Shown: positions 58,636-64,000 of the stretch, in pieces | Layout of the letters: each line of letters opens with the position of its first letter | Position numbering within the stretch: the first letter of the stretch is position 1 | From: Raja brachyura | Lineage: Eukaryota | Direction of reading: 5' to 3' | Assembly (NCBI GenBank): GCA_963514005.1 | Contig: OY740786.1 | Coordinates: 30,318,001 to 30,382,000 of the forward strand | DNA: 64,000 nucleotides | The notes under the pieces: model-generated | Database searches by the model: none | The model's input: the letters and a program-made list of their open reading frames with translations, nothing else | What the model was told of the DNA's origin: nothing | Position numbers and translations under genes: made by a program

Positions 58636-61600
58636 TGTTGAAATGATCAGACTCATACATAGTTGTTAAAATCCATAGTCTTTTATTAGCAACTCTGCGG
58701 AGGAAACACTAGGTGATATTGTCTCCATACATTCAGCTAGTCTAACTAGAGCGAGAGAGAGAGAACTCACTATCAAACTATGTGGGGGGATCAGCAGTAT
58801 GAGTGACATAAGGAATGTGCAGCATGCATAATCTGTGTGGTGATATACATACTAACACACAAATCTACATCCTCCTTCTTAAATAATTAAATGCAAATGT
58901 AACACTACTGATTATACAGAGCACATATATTATGTGTCAATAAACTGGAGGAAGTTCAAACATAGCCGGGTACTTTACGGTGGGCTTACGTGTACGATAC
59001 AGTTTTGCATCTCCTCCCATCACTGGGGACACGATCGGTGGTGAAGTAGGTGTTGGAGATTGAAACAGCATTCCCGGTGACAAAACAGGAGACTTTGGCA
59101 CAGGTGGAGGCGGTGTGGCCATAGGCAAAGTAACCGGATCAGAAACAGGTTGTGATGCTGGTGCAGCGGGCCGATGCCGCTGGATGTAGATGTGCGGTCA
59201 GGATAGTATGGAGGTGGTGCTGGCTCATTCACAGGCAGGATATGTTGCCTATTACATCTGTAGTTGCCGCCATCGGCATTGACCAAGTATGAATGTGGCT
59301 CGGCAGCTGGTCCAGAAATTACACTGAGGCGGTCGTGACCTTTGTCATTTTGCAGACACACCACCTGTCCCTCGGCTAGCGGTAGAAGCAGTCTGTTCGT
59401 TTTATCATACCATCCTTTCAGAACGTTGCGCTTTTGTTGCAGTCTGGACTGGACCTCTGATGGTGGGAACACATGCGGTACCAATGCCTGTTTCGCCACA
59501 GGCAATGTGGCTCGGGTCTGCCTTGACATCAGACGTTGAGTGGGTGAACCCAATATCGGGTCACGGGAGATGTTGCGCAAGTTAAGCAGGTCCAGGTATA
59601 CATCTGATTTTGCTCCGTGGGACCATTCCATTAATTGTTTGGCACTCCTGACGGCACATTCAGCTAGTCCATTCGGCTGAAGGTACTCAGGGCTGCTGTT
59701 GATGTGACGAAAATCCCAGCGTCTAGCTGGTCTTTGAAGTACTGGCTGGTAGATTGGCTGCCATTATCAAATAGTAGTTGACATGGAGCTCCATGGTCAG
59801 AGAAATGGCAAGCCAGCTTCCCCCATGAGAAGTGGGGCTACAAAGAAGATCGATGTCAAACCAACCAGAATACAAGTGGACAAGAACCAGGTAATGTTTG
59901 CCACGCCACTCAAATACGTCAGTTGCCACTATGGACCACACAAGGGCCAGAACCGGTTGTGAGAGAAGTGGTTGCTTTTGTTAATGTGGTGCCAAACTGT
60001 TGCACACTGCACAGGATTCCACTTTCTCGTGAATGTAATCGGCCATACCAGGCCAGAAAAACATGTTTTTTGCTCACAGGACAGTTGCTTCAGCACCTGG
60101 GTGTCCCGCATGGACAGCATCAAAATACTTGCTGTGTAGAATGGCAGGAACTACAGCGTTGTGGCTCTTTGCAATAATGTCATCTTGTAGTACTAGTTCA
60201 TCACAAACGGCAAAGAACAGCCGAACTGGAAGTGGTAGATATTATTGCTTGTCAGGCCAACCGTGCTTAATGATAGAGGAGAGCGATTGTAAGGTATCGT
60301 CAGCAGTAGTGTGGGCTACCTGGTCCTCTAAGCAGGACGAGAGACTAAAGGAAACAGTCATAACCACAAAACTCATCTGGTGTGGATGAACCCTCGCAGG
60401 TCTTTCGAGAAGCATGCGAGAGGGTGTCAGCCAGGTGCATGTCCTTGCCACGTTTGTAGGTTAGAACAATGTCATACTTCTGAAGCTGTAGCAACATCTG
60501 TTGAAGGTGTCTTGGTGAGACGTGTACTGGTTTGTTCAAAATGCTAATTAGGGGTTGATGGTCAGTTTCGATCATAGGCAACAGGCCTGTTGTCGTCACC
60601 ATCATCTTGGAGGCAAGCTGCTCCTAAACCATACTGCGAGGCGTCACAAGTTAGTGTGACCGGTAATTTAGCATTAAAGTAGGCGAGAGTGGGGGCACAA
60701 GACATCTGTTGTTTGAGAGTGTCAAACGGTCTCTGCTATTGCTCATGCCAGGCCCAAACAGCATCTTTGTGGGTTAGCTGGCGCAGTGGGGCCGATAGTT
60801 CACTGAAGTTTGGAATGAATTTCCCCAAGTAATTTACCATGCCAATGAATCTCTGCAGGCTGATCACGGGTGTGGGTGCTGGTAACTCGTTGATAGCAAT
60901 GGTTTTTGATGTATTGAGTTTGAAGCTGTCTTTTGTGAACACATGGCCTACGTAATTCACTGCATTTACTCTGAATTTGCACTTTGGAGGGTTTAACTTG
61001 AGGTTGATTGCTTTAGCGCGGTTCAGAAATGTCTTTAACTTCACTTTGTGTTCTTGAATAGTTTGTCCAGCAACAAGGATATTATCAACTATGATGGAGC
61101 ATGGGTAACCTGCAACAATTGTTTCATAGCTCGTTGAAATACTTCACTAGCAGAGCTTATGCCAAATGTCATGCGAAGAAATTTGTAACGTCCAAAGGGT
61201 GTGCTGAAAGTGTTTAACTTGGAGGAGTTGTGATCCAGGGCATTCTGCCAGAATGAACTCTTGGCATCTAGCACCGTGAATACAGTCACCTTGCCCAGCT
61301 GAAATCTCTTCCACTGTGCACATGGGATAGTGTGACTGTTTAATGGCAGTGTTTAACTCTTTAGGATTGATGCAAATCCATATTTCGTCCTTATTCTTTT
61401 TTGTTGCCATGACCATGGTCGAGACCCAATCTGATGGGTCAGCGAAGGGGGTATTCACCCCCCCCCCCCCCCCCCCCGGGTCACCATTCTGTTGATTTCA
61501 CCTTGTACACAGTCCCACATAGCATGGGGGATCCTGTGTGCCAGACGGACAACTGAGAGTACCTTGGGCTCAGTCGTGATTGTGTACTTGACAGGTAACC

Positions 61601-63128
61601 TGCCCAGCTGTTCATTGTACAGACTTTTTATTGTGTCAGGATTTGTTGAGTGAAGCCACATGTAGCAGACAGTTGATAGACAGATGTACTGAAGGTGACA
61701 AGGCCCAGGACATTACAAGCAACAATGTCTAGCAGATAAGCCACTTTTTCTCAGACAATAAAGAAGCTCAGGCTGTGGACACATGAATCAAGATAGCACC
61801 GCAGCTCAGCCAGACTGACAAGGAGCATTGTACCACCTACAAATGGAAGTAGAGTGGTGGCCGTGTAATTGATGACCTCATTTTTTCTAATCCTATTGAG
61901 TCCAGATAAGGATAAAACGTTGCAACGAGCTCCAGTGTCGAGTTTAACAATGACATTAATTCCGTTAATGAGGAGAGTGACCATGGGATCTTGATGTTTA
62001 CAAGACTAACCCAACAAGGAATGTATGTTGATATCCAGTCTCTCGTTAGCAGGCAGTGTGTCCTCGTTAGTCAGAGAAGCTTGCGTGGGAGCCGCATGGG
62101 AAGGCTCTGGATCTGAGCTCTCACGTTGGAGCAGGTGGACAGATTGCTTTGTCTGAATTCTGTTTCCAAGTGAAAAACAACAATGAATGAAGTGATTTCT
62201 ACGTTTACAGATGTGGCAACATTTTCCATAAGCCGGGCAACTTTCACGAATGCCTGTATGTGAACCTGCACAGTTCACATAATTACTAACAAACTTAACA
62301 CCAGATCTACTGGGCACCTGTGAAAACTGGTGTTGTGCCTGAGAAACCATGCTGGCAACATTAACATTATGGGAAGAATGGGGACCCTGCCCAAAGATTT
62401 GGTGTGAGAATCTGTCATTTCTGCAATACAACAGTGATTTTCAGCACTCTCCAGAGTGAGGTCAGCATCACGTAGACGTTCATCACGTACTTTATCATTG
62501 AGAATTCCATAAACCAGTCTGTCTCATATCGCACAAATTGTCAAACTCGCATCAACTGATGATGTGCTTCAAAGAACTGATGTACGCTTCGACAGGTTCA
62601 CTTTGCCTTTGGCTGCACAAAACAAATTTATGGCGCTCCATCACAAGATTAATGCATAACTCACATAGTTGTCTGAACTTGTTGAGTAGGCACCCAGGGT
62701 CTTAAATAGATTCAGCCGGAACAATCTAGACATCCGCAGCATTGAACTGTGCAGGCGCATAATGAAATTTTCTAGCACGTCGAGTGGCCTGTGTACCGGC
62801 CAGTTTGAGGAAAATATAGGCATGAACATCTGGCGCGGTGGCATTGTGCACCACATGAACTAACACAGTGAAATCCTCTTCAAAGATGCGCCAACGCGCA
62901 GCGAGGTCACCATCAAACACTAAAGGCTTGCGAAGAGAAGCACCCATTGTAAAACCACAAACAGAACAAAAAAAACTAAAATGAATGTAAACCAACTAGG
63001 CAAGGAGAGGGTCCAAAATTTCTGACACCATTTTGAAATGATGAGACTCACACATAGTGATTAGAATCCATAGTCTTTTATTGACAACTCTGCGGAGGAA
63101 ACACTAGGTGCTAGCACACTAATTTACA
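58636..63128 (-). mobile_element. Near-full-length decayed Ty3/Gypsy (Mag-like) LTR retrotransposon
   Basis: 3' LTR 58636-58869 (TG...CA), PPT AAGAAGGAGGA 58870-58880, PBS TGGTGTCAGAA 63020-63030, deleted 5' LTR 63031-63128, TSD GACTT/AACTT. gag CPAYGKCCHICKRRNHF, protease KLDTGA, RT VLDAKSSFWQ, RNase H and integrase remnants. Confidence 0.92.
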
Positions 63129-63148
63129 AACTTCCATTAGGGACTTTA

Positions 63149-63488
63149 ACCAACATGATCTCCCTGTGGCTCAGCACAACTCTCCCTCCCATTCCGAATC
63201 CAACCTTTCTGTCCTGGGCCTCCTCCATGGCCAGAGTGAGCACCACCGGAAATTGGAGGGGCAGCACCTCATATTCCGCTTGGGCAGTTTGCACCCTAGT
63301 GGCATGAACACTGATTTCTCTAATTTCCGGTAGCCCTTGCTGTCTCCTCCCCTTCTCAGCTCTCCCTCTGCCCTTTGGCTCCTCCTCTTCCTTTCTCCTT
63401 TCTTCTCCCTGCCACACCCCCCCCCCTATTTCCTTTGCTCCATAGATGCTGCCTCACCCGCTGAGTTTCTCCAGCACTTTTGACTACC
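63149..63488 (+). mobile_element. Penelope-like 3' fragment with a 10-bp TSD
   Basis: Matches the reverse complement of 22170-22550; TSD AGGGACTTTA at 63139-63148 and 63489-63498. Confidence 0.88.
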
Positions 63489-64000
63489 AGGGACTTTAGA
63501 AACTACCTTGGTAAAATTAATGTGAACAACATCCACTGCCCTACTCTCATCAATCACCTTCTCATCACATCCTCAGAATACTCAAACAAATTTGTCAGAC
63601 ATGATCTGTTACATTCAGGGCAAAGCTGACTGTCGCTAATTAGCACATTATCCCTTTTGCCTGCTTGCATTATTTCTTACTAGCTTTTATGCCGCAAAGG
63701 CCCTGTCTGATTTCAACTTTCTAAACCTTAGCAATGCTTTTTTTTCTCTTTGTGACCAAATTTATAACCTCATTTCTAATCCTAAATTCCCTTTGCTTAC
63801 CTTGCAATCCTTATCCTTTCCCCATGCAGGAACGTGCTAAACTGGAAATTTGATGAGCTGGCAGTTAACCAACCTGCATGTATCAAATATGGACTCACCC
63901 AATAACATTCATCCTAATTTACTCTCTGTGCTCCCACCTCAGAACGTTGTAATCTGCCATCTTAGTATCTTGTACCAAGGTCCAAAATTATCCTTGCTTA

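Larger units (their letters stand above)
57660..63650 (-). mobile_element. CR1 LINE split by Gypsy and Penelope insertions (pieces 57660-58635, 63129-63148, 63489-63650)
   Basis: RGAKFKGDVRSIFF near the 3' end and GATCCCTGTGAGACTCCACTGGTCAC (VTSGVSQGS). The sequence TTCTGGATCAGACTT|CCATTAGGGACTTTA|GAAA...ACAACATCCACTGC reads through once the inserts are removed. Confidence 0.8.

Overview
Eukaryotic, repeat-dense, gene-poor DNA (intergenic or deep intronic). The repeat set (CR1/HER1-type LINE tails, HE1-like tRNA-derived SINEs, Penelope-like elements, Rex1/Babar LINEs) points to a vertebrate, most likely a cartilaginous fish; this is inference. I found no convincing host exon, and there is a 200-N gap at 468-667. 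The main feature is a full-length 4.8-kb DIRS-type tyrosine-recombinase retrotransposon (11361-16150, minus strand). It has three open overlapping ORFs, complete ITR/ICR termini and an AAT crossover site, but the catalytic Arg of its recombinase appears to have changed to Trp. The most unusual signal is in the 3' UTR of a HERO-like RLE retrotransposon (54246-54307), where all hammerhead-ribozyme core motifs occur in a non-circularly permuted order. Other points of interest are hammerhead-bearing Penelope-derived mini-insertions with TSDs, a 25-bp satellite array between two CR1 3' tails inside a Rex1 element, and a Helitron-like element carrying duplicated promoter-like modules and two minisatellites. 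There is also a Gypsy element whose gag-pro-RT block is inverted at the tRNA-Leu PBS, a second near-full-length Gypsy nested in a CR1, and several unexplained hairpins. All alignments were done by eye, and boundaries of decayed repeats are approximate.
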